Source: Macrostomum lignano
Lineage: Eukaryota
Length of the DNA stretch: 64,000 nucleotides
NCBI GenBank assembly: GCA_002269645.1
Contig: NIVC01000034.1
Location: 62,001 to 126,000 of the forward strand
Direction of reading: 5' to 3'
Shown: piece by piece, positions 46,011 through 58,544 of the stretch
How the letters are laid out: the number at the start of each line of letters is the position of its first letter
Position numbering within the stretch: the first letter of the stretch is position 1
Position numbers and translations under genes: made by a program
Notes under the pieces: model-generated
Told to the model about the DNA's origin: nothing
The model's input: the letters and a program-made list of their open reading frames with translations, nothing else
The model's database searches: none

Positions 46011-46618
46011 CGGTCATACGCACAGGCACACACTCACACAGGAGTGTACAGCGGCCCTAACTATAGTTATCATTAGGCATGTACACTTCACTGTGCCTTG
46101 CGGGTTTGGTCATCAAGGGGCGTCAATTGCACGAGCAGAGCCCAAGTCGAGATTCCGGTTAGGCCCCAATTTGATGTGACTGCACTTGGAATCGAGCCTG
46201 GGCCCCTGCTACACATCGTTTAATTCCCTCACGGTATAAAAAGCTATTTTGAAAGTAATTTTAAATATTAAGTTTTCTGTCATTTCTAAAAATTATTAGT
46301 GTACTGAGAGAAATTGCCTATGAATAGTAATACAATAGCAATAATAATAATTGATTACACCTGGCTTAATGGCCAGATGTGCAACCGACAGCGTTTTTTG
46401 TGGACCCGTCGCGTTTTTTGGTTTTAGAGAAGCTTTATCCGGTTCCTTTCTGCAACGCAATTTTGGTTGGTTAACCCCGCAGCCAATCCATCTGCTTTTT
46501 CATGAAAGAATTTTCAAAAGTCAATAAAACATTAAGATTGCTTCTGGGCCCTAAGTTTCCACAGCTACAGCTAGCTAGAACCCGAGACAGAAGCCATTGC
46601 CCAAATCCAACCTCCAGA

Positions 46619-47415
46619 ATGTATTGCCAAACAGCTGCGCACTTTCTAGCCCTTCTGCTGCTACTGACTGCCAGTTCACCAGCGGCTTCAGACTTCACCT
46701 TCGAAATCGTGAGTTCCGTAAGCTCATCGATGCCTGTCAGCATGAAATCTGTGACTGGCAGCAGCACCGTGGACTGCTCGGTGAAGTGTGCTCAAACAGC
46801 CGGCTGCATCGGTTTCTCCTGGCTGCAGAGTCTGTGCCAGCTGTTCGACTTGAGCGCCTTCTCTGGCACCTGGCTGAGCTCGCCACCTTGTGAGGTGTTC
46901 AAGAAGATGGAAGAGCCGACAGCTGCTACCAGTAAGGAACGAAACGTCACATGCGCGTTCTGTTTTATCTTAGTCTGGCAAACCTTGAAGCTCATTCACA
47001 ACTCTGGCAACTCATTCCCACAGGTTCTCCGCCCACCAACATAACAAAGTTGAACATTTCCAGCTGCCAGCACAGCAATACCTACCTGAGCTACTACTGC
47101 ACAATCTCTATGGACGGCAACAGGGACCAGACCGTCTACAGCGCCACTGTCCAAGGCATCGGCGAATGGTGGGAGGCGCGGCTGGCCGCTCCAGCTTTCG
47201 TGGCCTACCTCACCATCTACAACCGGCTCTCCAGTGCTAGTTGGCTCAAAAAGTTCAACTTGCTGGTTGATGGCGTTGAGTGCAACCGAGTGGACCTGAC
47301 GGAGTCGTTCTCCATCGCCAACTTCACCTGTAACGCTTTCGGCAGCGCTGTTCGAGTTGTCAATCAGCTGAGCGAACATCTCGTTATCTGCGAAGTTGAG
47401 ATCTACGGTTACTGA
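46619..47415 (+). CDS. Secreted PAN/apple + F-type lectin (fucolectin/F5-8C-like) protein, join(46619..46931,47024..47415)
   Basis: Signal FLALLLLLTAS; CSVKCAQTAGCIGFSW...CQLF (PAN); MDGN...EWWEARL...LTIYNR...C...LVICEVEIYG (F-type lectin fold); phase-1 intron. Confidence 0.8.
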
Positions 47416-49040
47416 GACGTCAAGGTCGTGTCAAATGAATAACGGATCAAATTTATCCCGAAGCTGCAAAGTCTTACTTATTTCTAACGAACTATAAAAC
47501 TGATAAAAAAAGATTTTTACTCGTAAAAAACTCTGCAGATGAATTTGAAATTTTAGACATGTAGAAACTCTTAATTAAATAAGAACTCCAGGCTACTCAG
47601 GGAAAAAATGAAATGCTGGAAGTACCATTTTCGTCATCACGCTTCAAATCAAACAGTTTTGAATAATTAATGCTGCGTCCCGGACCCACCGCTGAGCCAA
47701 AAAGACTCAACGGCTACTCAAGCCCAGTACTGGCGGCTCTCCAGCTTCCAGTAAGAAGTAAAACTCTATTAACGACAACAAAAACGTTTCCAGGGTTCGG
47801 GAAAATTCAAGCTAAGGAGGACAGTGTGGAGAGAATCGGAGAGTTTTCAGCCTCTTTCCTGTATGCTTTGGAAGAAAGCAGCACAATGGAGGTCAGGAAA
47901 AATGGATTGAAATACTTGCAGAGGTCCTCAAACCTGTCAGAAATTTTCTAAAGGCCTGAATTAAAACTGAAGATTTTTGGGGCGTGCTTCGGTTTGAATC
48001 CAGAGAAGCTTAGTTGTTTTTAGAGGTATTAGCTCAGCGTTGTGTACTGAGGCTCTTGGTAGCCTTCCCCTAACCCCCCCTTCAGTTCTGAACCACAGCT
48101 CTCCATTCTTTGGTTGCCTGGTGACTTTTGTCTCCGTCTCCCCTATTGCCGCTCCGTCTGCCCCTTATTTTCGACATTCATTTGTCTTTTTTCTTGAATG
48201 TCCTCTTTGAAAGTTAAATAAACAGTTTCTCCACACTTCTTTTGGTGGTGGGTATTTTGTCACATGTTTAAGCTAAGAACTTAACTTAAGTATCGTTTCT
48301 TCAGTGGTTCTTGGTTCCAGCATGTTTACTCTTATTAGCTTGAGTTTGAATTAACGTCAGTTGCTAAAAATAGAACAACGACTTTATTGCTTTGAATTAT
48401 GAGCGTAGTCTGGCCAAGAGATTCTAAATCTAGCAACTGGAATGACAGCTAAAGTAGCGCTGAGGACTTTTTTTATACAAGATGAGGCTTATTTTTATAC
48501 AAGATGAGGCTTACTGCGATTGCCAGACATAGGATTTGTTTGCCGCATCAAATTGGATTGCCGCACTAACAAGAATCAGCTTCCTTCGCCTTATTTTGTC
48601 TTAGCCTGTAAGCACTAATATGCCAGAGTGACTTTCCTAAAGCCAAGTCTCTGCGTCCTCTGCAGAAGTTTTGCAAGATACAATATTTTTATCCCCCACT
48701 TGGGCCGGGCCAAATAAATGGCTCCACCAATAGAAAAGCAAGATTCATTTATCTTGCCCGGCCAAATAAATGGCTAAACCAATAGAAAAGAGCCATTCAT
48801 TTATTTGGCCGGGCCAGGTAAATGACGCAACTTTTGACATAGACATGTATTTTGAGTTACAAATGAACGAGCATCAAACGATGGAACGAGCAATGTTTTG
48901 AACAAAAACGGAGATTAAGTCTAATTAGATGTCATTGAAATGTATATAAACGCTTATTGTTGTTAATCGAAGTTAATTAAATTAATTAATTAATGATCAA
49001 TTAAAGTGGATGCTGATTCTGTTAGTCTCACCGCATATTT

Positions 49041-49300
49041 CTAGTCGCATCTTCTTTTTGGGGGTCGCAGTGTCAACGGCAGACGTTGAGACGGCATCAG
49101 GCGGAGCTGTAGGCCAGGTGTTGTTGTCGCTACTCCAGACGTCATCCTGAGCGTCTCGCTGATCATTCTCTGTTGGTCTACGCGGACGGACACTCCAATG
49201 TACTTCTCCACGGCGGTGCTGCTATGCCCCGTTACACGGCATCTATCGGCGCGCTGCATGCCGGATTCGTGCAGCCGGGTGGCGCATGTTGTAAGCACGC
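49041..49300 (-). pseudogene. Tyrosine-recombinase C-terminal fragment, Crypton/DUF3504-like
   Basis: TTCATRLHESG....CRVTGHSSTAVEKY...QQRMISETL matches the HxxRxTxATRL...TGHxS...Y pattern; the upstream catalytic half was not found. Confidence 0.5.
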
Positions 49301-50394
49301 CTATAGATAACACACGTTGTATGCATCAGTCAGCGCCCCATTAGTTTCACTTCAGGCAAGAATTAGTACAGAAAGTTTTCACTTGTGCCATAGACTACGA
49401 TTTAATACGCTAGCTGAGTGAGTGTGGGACATGCGCCGTTTTTGGCTGCGAGTCAAGCAGATCCAGAAAAACGCTAGATGTGTCCACTCTAGAATGTCGG
49501 TTTCGCCCATAGCTATACACGAGCGTAATAAAAACACTAGGTAGGTCACTCGCCTATTTCATGATTTAGCCACTTAATTTCAATCGAGCGTTTGTATAGA
49601 GTTTTTTTAGATAATATTTGTGCACCAATTAAAGTGTTATTTTTTTTTAGATTATATTGTACATTGAAAAGTTGAAAAGTCTGATATGCCTAGAAGAAAG
49701 TAGGCTATTCAGAAATCGAGCGAAATTGCATTAAGTGACCCAAATAGTGTTTTTAGTATTTGTGGTTTTGCTTCAAGATTGTTCCACTACACTAAAAAAA
49801 GTTTTGTCTCTGCTCTGGCTCTGATGGACCTCTCTCATCACTGAATACCTAGCCGCGAGCTTCTTCATGTTAAGCACAGCACCTTAATTCTCCAACTGGA
49901 CTGTTCAGAGACTAACAGTGTTCTCTTCAACCACCCCGAGCCGATAAGGATCTTCTGATTACATGTAGCTACATATGTGGATTAGTAAGTCGACATGAAT
50001 CTATCAGTGCAACAAAATTCATTCAACTATTTACCATTGGCTAAATCAGTTTGACAATACCTTCCATAAACAAATGTTGTGCAAACACCATTAAAGAGTA
50101 TGTTGCCATTGGATGTCAGTAATAAACATCTGAATGTTGATGTATTTTAGGCTTCCTGTTTACGCGTCCTGCGTGAATGTGTATTATCAAGTCGTCTAAC
50201 ACTACTAGCAGTAAATAAATTTGATTATAGTAATCCTTCGTTTATCTGCTTACATCTCTTTGGCATTGGCTAATGAAAAACGCGAGCCTTTCCAAGGTAT
50301 AAATACACTCATCAAAGGAAACTCCACTCCACCGCGACAACTCCATACTGGCTGAGCTTCGAAATTTTTAACTCGTCTAAAAATCGAACCAAAA

Positions 50395-51323
50395 ATGCTC
50401 GGAAATCAACTAGTTCTACAGGTGTTGCTCATAGCAGCTGCAGTCTCGGCTACCACAGCGGATCGGCCTGTGAAGTTCGAGTCAATCAGCAAGCGGGGCG
50501 TGGCAACTCCTCCAGCGATGGAGTCCTGCTCAGGCTGACCGAGGCTGAAATGCGCCGAGCTTTGCTCGCTGAGGTCGGCCTGTTTCGGATTCAGCTGGCT
50601 GCGGGCTCTGTGCCGGCTGTTCAACTTAACGGCTTTCTACAAATATGACGACTGGGAGAGCGTGGAGCCGGGAGATGTTTACACACGACAGCTTGGTAAG
50701 GTTGCCAAGGGACCGTACGATAATACGTATTTTCTATAAGCATGAAAGATGTCAATAACTATCAGTTGGTAGCGAAAAAGTCGATCCTATCGATCAATGC
50801 ACAGATCCTGCTCACCAAGAGACAGGGGCACCCACCAAGAGACACAGGCGCCCACCAAGAGACAGGGGCACCCACCAAGAGACAGGGGCACCCACCAAGA
50901 GACAGGGGCACCCACCAAGAGACAGGGGCGCCCAACAAGAGACAGAGGCGCCCACCAAGAGACAGGGGCGCCCATCAAGAGACAGGCGCCCACCAAGAGA
51001 CAGGCGCCCACCAAGAGACAGGGGCAACCACCAAGAGACAGGGGCAACCACCAAGAGACAGGGGCGCCCACCAAGAGACAGGCGCCCACCAAGAGACAGG
51101 GGCGCCCACCAAGAGACAGGGGCGCCCACCAAGAGACAGGGGCGCCTACCAAGATGTGCCGTTTCTTGTGTATCTGATTAATATATTTTATTGAATTTGG
51201 CATGGTAAACTTGGTTTACATGTAACTTTGCCATCTCTCCATTGACCAATTGAATTCCTTTCCCGCTGCATTGCAGATGATCCAACAAAGCTCAAGACCG
51301 ACAGTTGCATTCAAAGTTCCAAC
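50395..51323 (+). pseudogene. Disrupted paralog of the PAN + F-type lectin gene (50395..50695, 51277..51323)
   Basis: MLGNQLVLQVLLIAAAVSA signal; CAELCSLRSACFGFSWLRALCRLFNLTAF matches the 46619 gene; TGA at 50536-50538; same phase-1 intron; exon 2 TKLKTDSCIQSSN is cut by a different sequence at 51324. Confidence 0.75.
50808..51150. repeat. About 20-bp minisatellite (caccaagagacaggggcgcc) in the pseudogene intron
   Basis: About 17 units. Confidence 0.9.
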
Positions 51324-51480
51324 TAGGGGTGTTTGGGTCGGCCATTTTTTCGGGGTTCGGGGTTTACCCCGAACCCGGTACCCCTACCCCGAACCCTGAA
51401 CCCCGTCCCGAACATTTCTTCCAACCCCGAACCCCGAACCCGGTACCAAAACCCGACCCGACCCCGAACGTAACCCCGAA
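51324..51480. mobile_element. Probable end of an inserted element (taggggtg...) with ccccgaac repeats
   Basis: Begins exactly where the lectin exon breaks; the other end was not found. Confidence 0.4.
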
Positions 51481-53597
51481 CATTTTCACGCTTATTTTGG
51501 TCAATCATTTTAATAAATTCAGTTTTTAGTTTTCAATTTTTCAGTTTTTAGTTTTGAATTTCAGTTTTTAAATCAGTTTTATACATTGAGATGTGCCTTA
51601 ACAGCTTCAACCACTTAGCCTTGTGGTTTTATTTCCCTTAGCTACTCTACAACTAGGAAAAGAAATATGAAACACTTCTTGCAATGGGATTGGGATTGAG
51701 ATGGAAGGAATACCAAGACCCAATATCTAATAGTAAGATACATGAAAGTTCACAACTAAAATCAGGACCATTTCGTACCTATACTTACAACGAAATTGCT
51801 TTCATAGTAATATTACATCTATGAGTTTATTTAAGCTGCAAAAATAGAGTACAATAAAATTAGATTATACCCTGTAGTGTAGATATCAGTAGAGATAGAA
51901 CTAGAGCGATAAAGAGATAGCACAGATAAAACAATGATACAATGAAACAGGAGAGTTAATCACAAATATATATTTATTTTTACTTTTGACTTCAGTTAAA
52001 ACTTTTACAGCTTGGTTTTCAAAATGATATCACATGAGTTGCGAGTCTAGCGGAGCATTTGAGCATTTTACAAGCAAATAAAAGTAACAAAAAGCTGCAT
52101 ACGAGCGTAATGTGGCTTGCTTGCAGTTTAACTGAATGAGTAGTCGCAGAAATGCAGCGCACGTACATGTACTTCAGTTTCACTCTAGATCTTTCAGCCT
52201 TTAATTCTTTTTTATATAAGTACGAACCAAAGTAACTACATGTATTGGAACTCGTAATCCGGCCCTGTGTACTCATATTATTAAGTTCAACGAACCTACG
52301 ACAAGTACTTTTAGTAGAATTCAGACTCATTATTTACATCAAAATCATATAATTGATGAAGCCGATCTCTTAGCCTTTGACTATAGGTCCTCAGTCTATA
52401 GAAATCGATAACTTAAGCTCTGACCTCCCACTCCTGTCAGCCCCAAAGGTAGCAAAGATGCAGCGAGCAACTGGGTTTTTTTAGCTGATAGAGAACAGAA
52501 ATCGGGTTTCCGACTATGTAGAAGTTGCACTGAACTGACCAGCTAACCAGTGTCTTTTTCCTGTCCATGTCAAAGTCCTAGTCGATTAAAGGAACACTGG
52601 ATCGCATTTACCATGTGAGGACTGGGACGTGTCTTTTAGCAGGGGGGGGGGGTTCTACATGTAGCTAAGTGAACAAAAAGTAAGCTAAAAGGAGTTGGGA
52701 GTCCGGAATTCATTCGAAATACTTAAAATGTGTGTACAGTGTACATTACATCTGTCATTACCGTAATTCCGTCGAGCTCTGTCTGTAATTATGTTGCTTG
52801 ATTTCTGCAGTCGATGAGAGAACAAAATGACAACAAAAAAATAACCTTTAGGGGAAATGAATTCTGTCATTGAATAGAACAGTCTTGAGTACAAATCTCA
52901 AGCGAATGCGATCTAGATTGATCGCAGTTAATTTCAAACCTAGAAAACTTGTCTTCATCAGCAGCAGTGGAACTCTCAATTCTGAATCAGGCTTATATAA
53001 TAATTATCCCAAAGCTAGACAAACAAGACTTTTTTCTGGATCATTCCAAGCAGCGAAAAGGACCGCTTTCCGAAAAGAGGATTGAAGAGTTTCAATCTCC
53101 AGACAATTGAATTAATAAGCGTAGCTACACAAAATAAGTGCTTTACCAACTAATCAAACTTAGTAATTTTAGTCATAATAAGCTAAATATAACCCCAGTG
53201 AGAGGCCAGAGCGAACTTCAGCTTCTCTCGAAGCAAATATAAGGTGAAGTTCTTTAAACATGGCTGTACAAGTGTACTTGAAATAAAAATGATGAACACT
53301 AAAACGGCGTACAACGGTGTGCATATGCGAGCAGTAAAAGAAGTGGTTTTCTAAGGCCAGAGTACGAAGTAGCTTGTACATGTAGAGAAAGAAAAGACTA
53401 AACAAACTAAAAACAAAACGTTAAATAAGCTGTTGCTAGGTTACTAAAACTATTTAATGTTGTATATAGCCAGGCTGCTGCTGCATCTGCGCTTGTAATA
53501 GCAAATAAGAAACAACTTATACACTACTCTTTGTTACTGAGCTACTGAGCTACTGAGCTACTGAGCTAGTTGTGCCTATTGCAACGAATGAAGAAAA

Positions 53598-56500
53598 ATG
53601 GCAGGCGATTCTAACAAAGAAAAAATGGAAGAATTGCTTAAAACTTTAACACGCTCAGGCAACAGCGATCCAGCAGATTTTCCTTCGCGAAATTCATCCA
53701 CCGGCTTACATGGATCCCAAGCCGATGCCAGCTATGGTAAGAAAATCTAAAAAATGCTTGGTAAAAATTAAAGTTTAAATTAAATTATAGGCTTGCAGTT
53801 CGAAAAGTACACAAAACGGTATAAACAGCTATCCGTGTCCATAGCTACGCGATGTACGCAAAAGTATTGTCGTAAAAGCCAACTCATTCTAGTTAATATC
53901 ACTAGTTTTTTTGTTTGACTGCAATATCAAACTGTAATGATTGCTTCTTCCATACATTTCAAGTTTTACTTATCACTCTATCGATGGATTTGTGTGCCAG
54001 TCTGTTGTACAAATACAGAAAATTATTGTACACATAATGGAAAATTATATGTAAAAGAAATGTTTCAGATAAGATTTAAATATAAGTAGTTAATAGTTGC
54101 AATTCAAACTTTGCACTTGCAAAATATTAAAAATATTGCATACTTTTTTGACACAACAGAACTCTCAGTGCCGCCCAGTCCATCTCCAAAGCAACTGGTT
54201 CAAACTTCAAGTCAAATGAGGACAACTAGCCAAAATACTCGCATCCCTCGGGGCTCCGGGAGACAGAAACTTAGTTTGAATGACGTGGGCGAACAGTACG
54301 TCCTGCTTCTCGATGCCATCGACAAGCTGAAGCTGGGCAGCGAGATCGACCTGCCGGAGATTGTCGTGCTCGGCGACCAGTCCGAGGGAAAGTCGACCGT
54401 ACTCGAGGCGATCGCAAAAGTGAAGCTTCCTAAAGGGGAAGGCACCTGTACGAAATGTCTCATCAGGCTAAGTATTCGATGCAAGGATAAAGAACACGCC
54501 ACGATTGAGACGTGAGTGATTTTGTTTCACGACAATTTTGCTGCAATTGCGTGATATTACGTGATAAAATTTACAAAAATTGGAAGTCAATCACGTATTT
54601 ACTTAAACTTTACAACAACAACAAGGCATGAAACCACCAAGGAACAAAATACACTTCATAAACGGGGGGGGGTATCAGATCAGTTTTTCAGTAGCCCCGG
54701 CGCCAGGGGCCATGCATCGTGAGCAGCAGGACTTTCTTCACCGGTCCGAGTCTCCCGTTCGGTCGAAAACTATTTTATTCACTTTGTGTTGGATTGCTGA
54801 AAGTTTCAGATAGGAAGCTTTCTAATTTGAATGGTGAAAGACTGCAGCGGAGCAAATTACAGAAGTTGGTAAAGAGATGCTAGATTGCGCTAAAACGGAG
54901 AGAGGGAATCGTTCGAGAAGTGAAGCCTCTGTCTTGCTTGTACCAGGTAGTTAAGTCGTCCTTGGTTTTAATGTTGGATTTCCCAAAGGTATTTTATCAA
55001 GATAAAATAAGTGAGAAAAGCTCTAACAGTTTGTTAAATTCGGATGGAAAACGTTGCAGCACAGTTACTGTTACTGACTTATTGTCAAAAAAAGTTTTTT
55101 ATAAGCATATTCAGTGTAAACAACAATTTGGTAGAGCTTATGTGTGCATTCATCAAATATTTTTCAGCTTCGACGGAAAATCAATCAACGTGGAATCTCA
55201 AGAGGACTTTTCATCGAAGTTGAAAGACATCATGAACGAAAAGTTCCCAGGACAGAATATTTCTATGAACTCAGTCATCAATATAAGAGTAAGCGGGCCA
55301 GATCGTCCTAATCTGACTGTGGTAGACGCCCCTGGCTTTAAGAGGTACTAAGTATTTAATTTTCTGACAATTGTTGCTGCACAGATTTCATCAGTATAAT
55401 TACACATCCTGTTTGTAATCTGACTCAATCACAGTGACATGAAAGAGGACGACGAAAATACGGTTGCCCTGAGAGAAAAACTAAACAAACCTAACATACT
55501 GATGGTTGTCGTTTTGAAGGCAGTCAACGACATTGATACTTCAAAGGGCTATGACTTTGCAAAGAGGCTTGACCCGGAGTTTAAACGGACCGTGTTTGTG
55601 CTGACTCACTGCGACAACCTTGCGGAGAACAAGCAGCTAAAGGTGCCGGATATGCTAAGAGATAGAGATGCGTTTGCTGTCCATTGCTACTCAAAAACGG
55701 GAAGGTACTCATCTGATGAGGAAACGGATTTCTTCAAGCGGCAATCTTTTTGGCAAAACCAACCGCAATCAAAACTTGGCCTCGATGCGCTCATCAATCA
55801 CCTAGCGGAAAACATGTATCGAATTTTAAGGCCAAGGAAAGAGGAATTTCGTTCAAAACTTTTGGTAAATTCTTTTCTTGCTGAATAAGAAATATGTTAA
55901 TTTATATAGCTTTTTGCAGCCCATTTGGGCTTACGCGCATTGAATTTAATCCAAGATATGTTTGTCAAAGTAATGGAGCTTTTGTCTATGGTAGCAAGGC
56001 TGGCGCAGCGGCATTTAATTTGGTCCAACAAGCATCAATTTGGTCCATTTAGTTCATTTGCAGCTCAGTCCCAGAATTGTGGACCATATGCTAGGCTGTT
56101 GAACAAATGTCATTGGCTTGTGATCGAAGCACTCGACAGAGGTGAACACCCAAAGGACATTGCAAGGTTGCTGAATGTAAAAGAAAAGGTGGTTTACAGC
56201 ATCCAGCAGCGCCTTGAAACTCTGCCGGCAGAGATTGCCTGCGAAAGGGCGGCAATCGCCAAGGAAAGTTGCTCGAGAGCCTCAGGTCCAACTGCTACTT
56301 GATGCAGTGGAGACGAACCCTTTGTTGACATTTCAGAAAATGCAGCAGAAGTTGAGGGAACAGCTCCAGTTGGTTATCAGATTTCGACTATCAGCAGAGC
56401 TCTGGAAAAGCAACTGAAAACTTTTGGTAGAGACGCAGACATTCCAGCGGTGCGCAACAACCTGCAGACGGTTGAGAGAAGGCAAGAGTTCGTCCAATGG

Positions 56501-57361
56501 CTCACGAGTGTTTGGACCAAATGGATGCTTTTTGGACCAAATTAAATGCCGCTGCGCCAGCCTTGCTACCATAGACAAAAGCTCTGTTACATTGGCAAAC
56601 GTATCTTGGATTAAATTAAATGCGCGTAAGCCCAAATGGGCAGCAAAATGCTATATTATCACAGTCCTTTTTTTACTCCAGAACTTGTGGAGAGACGAGG
56701 CCAAAGAGTTGGAAAAGCTTAAAGACGAGAATGATGGTGCTAATTCAGAGTTGAAGAATCTCTTCATTAAACTTAATAAGAAGCTTGAGGAACAACTTAC
56801 CGGCACTTGTCGCAAAAAGAAGAATGAACTCTTCAGTGAGTGCAAGATGAAGTGGAACAAGTTCGAGCAGGATTTAAAGACGATTGCCGAGGAAGTTCTA
56901 GAGCCAAATCATTGTAAGACCTGAAGTTTTATAAGTTGAAACCGTTGCATTCTTAGCTCGCTTTATTTATACTAATTCCGGCCCTGAATCTTTGTCACAC
57001 TTTCAGTGAAGTCTATTCTCGATGAGGAGTGCGAGGATCAAGTTGGCGAAGAGTTCAAAGGCCTGCCACACTATTTCCCTGTCCTAAAAAGAGTCGTCAA
57101 AAAGCACATATTAAAGGCTTTGAAACCGACTATTGAGCGACTTATTAGTGATATCGAATGTATTATTCAAGATCGAATTCAAACTGAAGTGAAAAGGTGC
57201 ATGGCAAGCCATGAGCCACTTGAGAAGTCTATCAATACGATGATTTGCGAATACCTTCCGGTGCTCCGACGGGATGTAGCTAGCAAAATCGATGTCATTA
57301 TGAGCATGGAGGCAGCTTTCTATCAAAGCAGCTTGGACGTCGATGAGGAAGCAAATCAACA
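53598..57361 (+). CDS. Mx/dynamin-like GTPase, paralog 2: exons 53598..53736, 54160..54511, 55168..55344, 55435..55864, 56682..56913, 57007..57361; GED exon not in window
   Basis: GDQSEGKS, PNLTVVDAPG, VLTHCD; the 177-nt and 430-nt exons and all intron phases are the same as in paralog 1. Confidence 0.85.
55905..56655 (+). mobile_element. Internally deleted Tc1/mariner (IS630-like) element in intron 4 of Mx-like paralog 2
   Basis: About 140-bp TIRs (55905-56047, 56514-56655) with TA-rich ends; interior encodes frameshifted HTH-like segments IEALDRGEHPKDIARLLNV, LLDAVETNPLLTF..MQQKL and STISRAL; no DDE domain seen. Confidence 0.8.
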
Positions 57362-57571
57362 GTAAGTTCCTCGTGCAGTACGAATAGGTATTTAGAAAAT
57401 CTGACCAACCTGCTAAACTATCCGAAAACATGTACAAGCGCTTCACAAAATGGGCCCAGAATAACTTTTGAAATGTAAGTACGCTCGCAATTTAAGCAAG
57501 CCTATATGGTTGCGCTGCTACACTACGCTGTATATTACAGCTAGCATAAGCGTGTTGAAATGGGGTGAAAT

Positions 57572-57984
57572 CATGGATGAAGGAATAGAAAGGATCGCTC
57601 ATCTAAAAGCGAGTCTATGGCCAAGGCTTCCTAAAAATTGGGATATTCTCTCCCCCCCCATGAATTTCAGTGGCTAATGGAATTTAATAATAGTCCCCCT
57701 AAGCTCTTACTGGCTGAAGCTTGTACGCGAGGGAAATTCCAAAGTCACGATTAACGTTAGACATCTATTAGTCTCGTAACTGATTTCTTCCTCTGGGCCA
57801 CGACGGCTAAGGGAAAGAAATTAGCGTTTCCCCGAGTAAAAGCTTCAGCCATTAAGAAGTTAGGGTGGACTATTATTAAATTCCAGCATCCAATGAAATT
57901 CATGGGGGGATATCAAAATTTTTAGGAAATCTTGGCCATAGACTTGTTTTCAGATAAGCGATCCATTCTATTCCTTCATCCATG
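57572..57984. mobile_element. Foldback/MITE-like element with about 150-bp inverted arms
   Basis: 57572-57722 versus 57840-57984 (catggatgaaggaataga...gctgaagctt / aagcttcagc...ttccttcatccatg). Confidence 0.7.
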
Positions 57985-58544
57985 GGTGAAACGCACGGCA
58001 GCCGTTCGCTGCAATTGTCTATGGCCGACTTCAATAAGTAAAAAACTCGTATGCATATTAGTATACCTTTTTGCTTCCTATTTGGTTTTACTGCGTCCAA
58101 TTAGGTGCGTTGAAAATAGCCCAGCAGAAGTCATGTTCACCATAGACTAAGAACTGAAGTCACCGAGCAATTTGTTTTTTTTCGCGACCAATTAGGTTTA
58201 TTTCACGTCATGTATGCATTCACTATCCTCTCTCTGTCCACCAGACGGATTTTAGCATATGGTTCTCTCTTTGCTTTAGCTATGCCTTCCAGCTATGGCC
58301 CAAATTGCTCGCAGGTAAAACCAAATTGATTTCTGTTATCTATGGCTTTCTATGGTTTGTCTATGCAGAATCTCTACTACGCTGCCACGTTAGACTGCTG
58401 ACGGCCACGCACCAATTTGAATGATGAAAAAACCAAATAGGAAGCAAAAAGGTATGTTTAGTTATTAATATTTTTATCTCTCAGTGATCGAACACGCAGA
58501 CAAACGGACAAACAGACAAACATCGCGTCAGTTTTTGAGAGATA

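Noticed and set aside
45827-46060. Cys/Tyr-rich ORF resembling a metallothionein
   Set aside because: Generated by a 9-bp repeat, has a non-ATG start and no splice or expression clues
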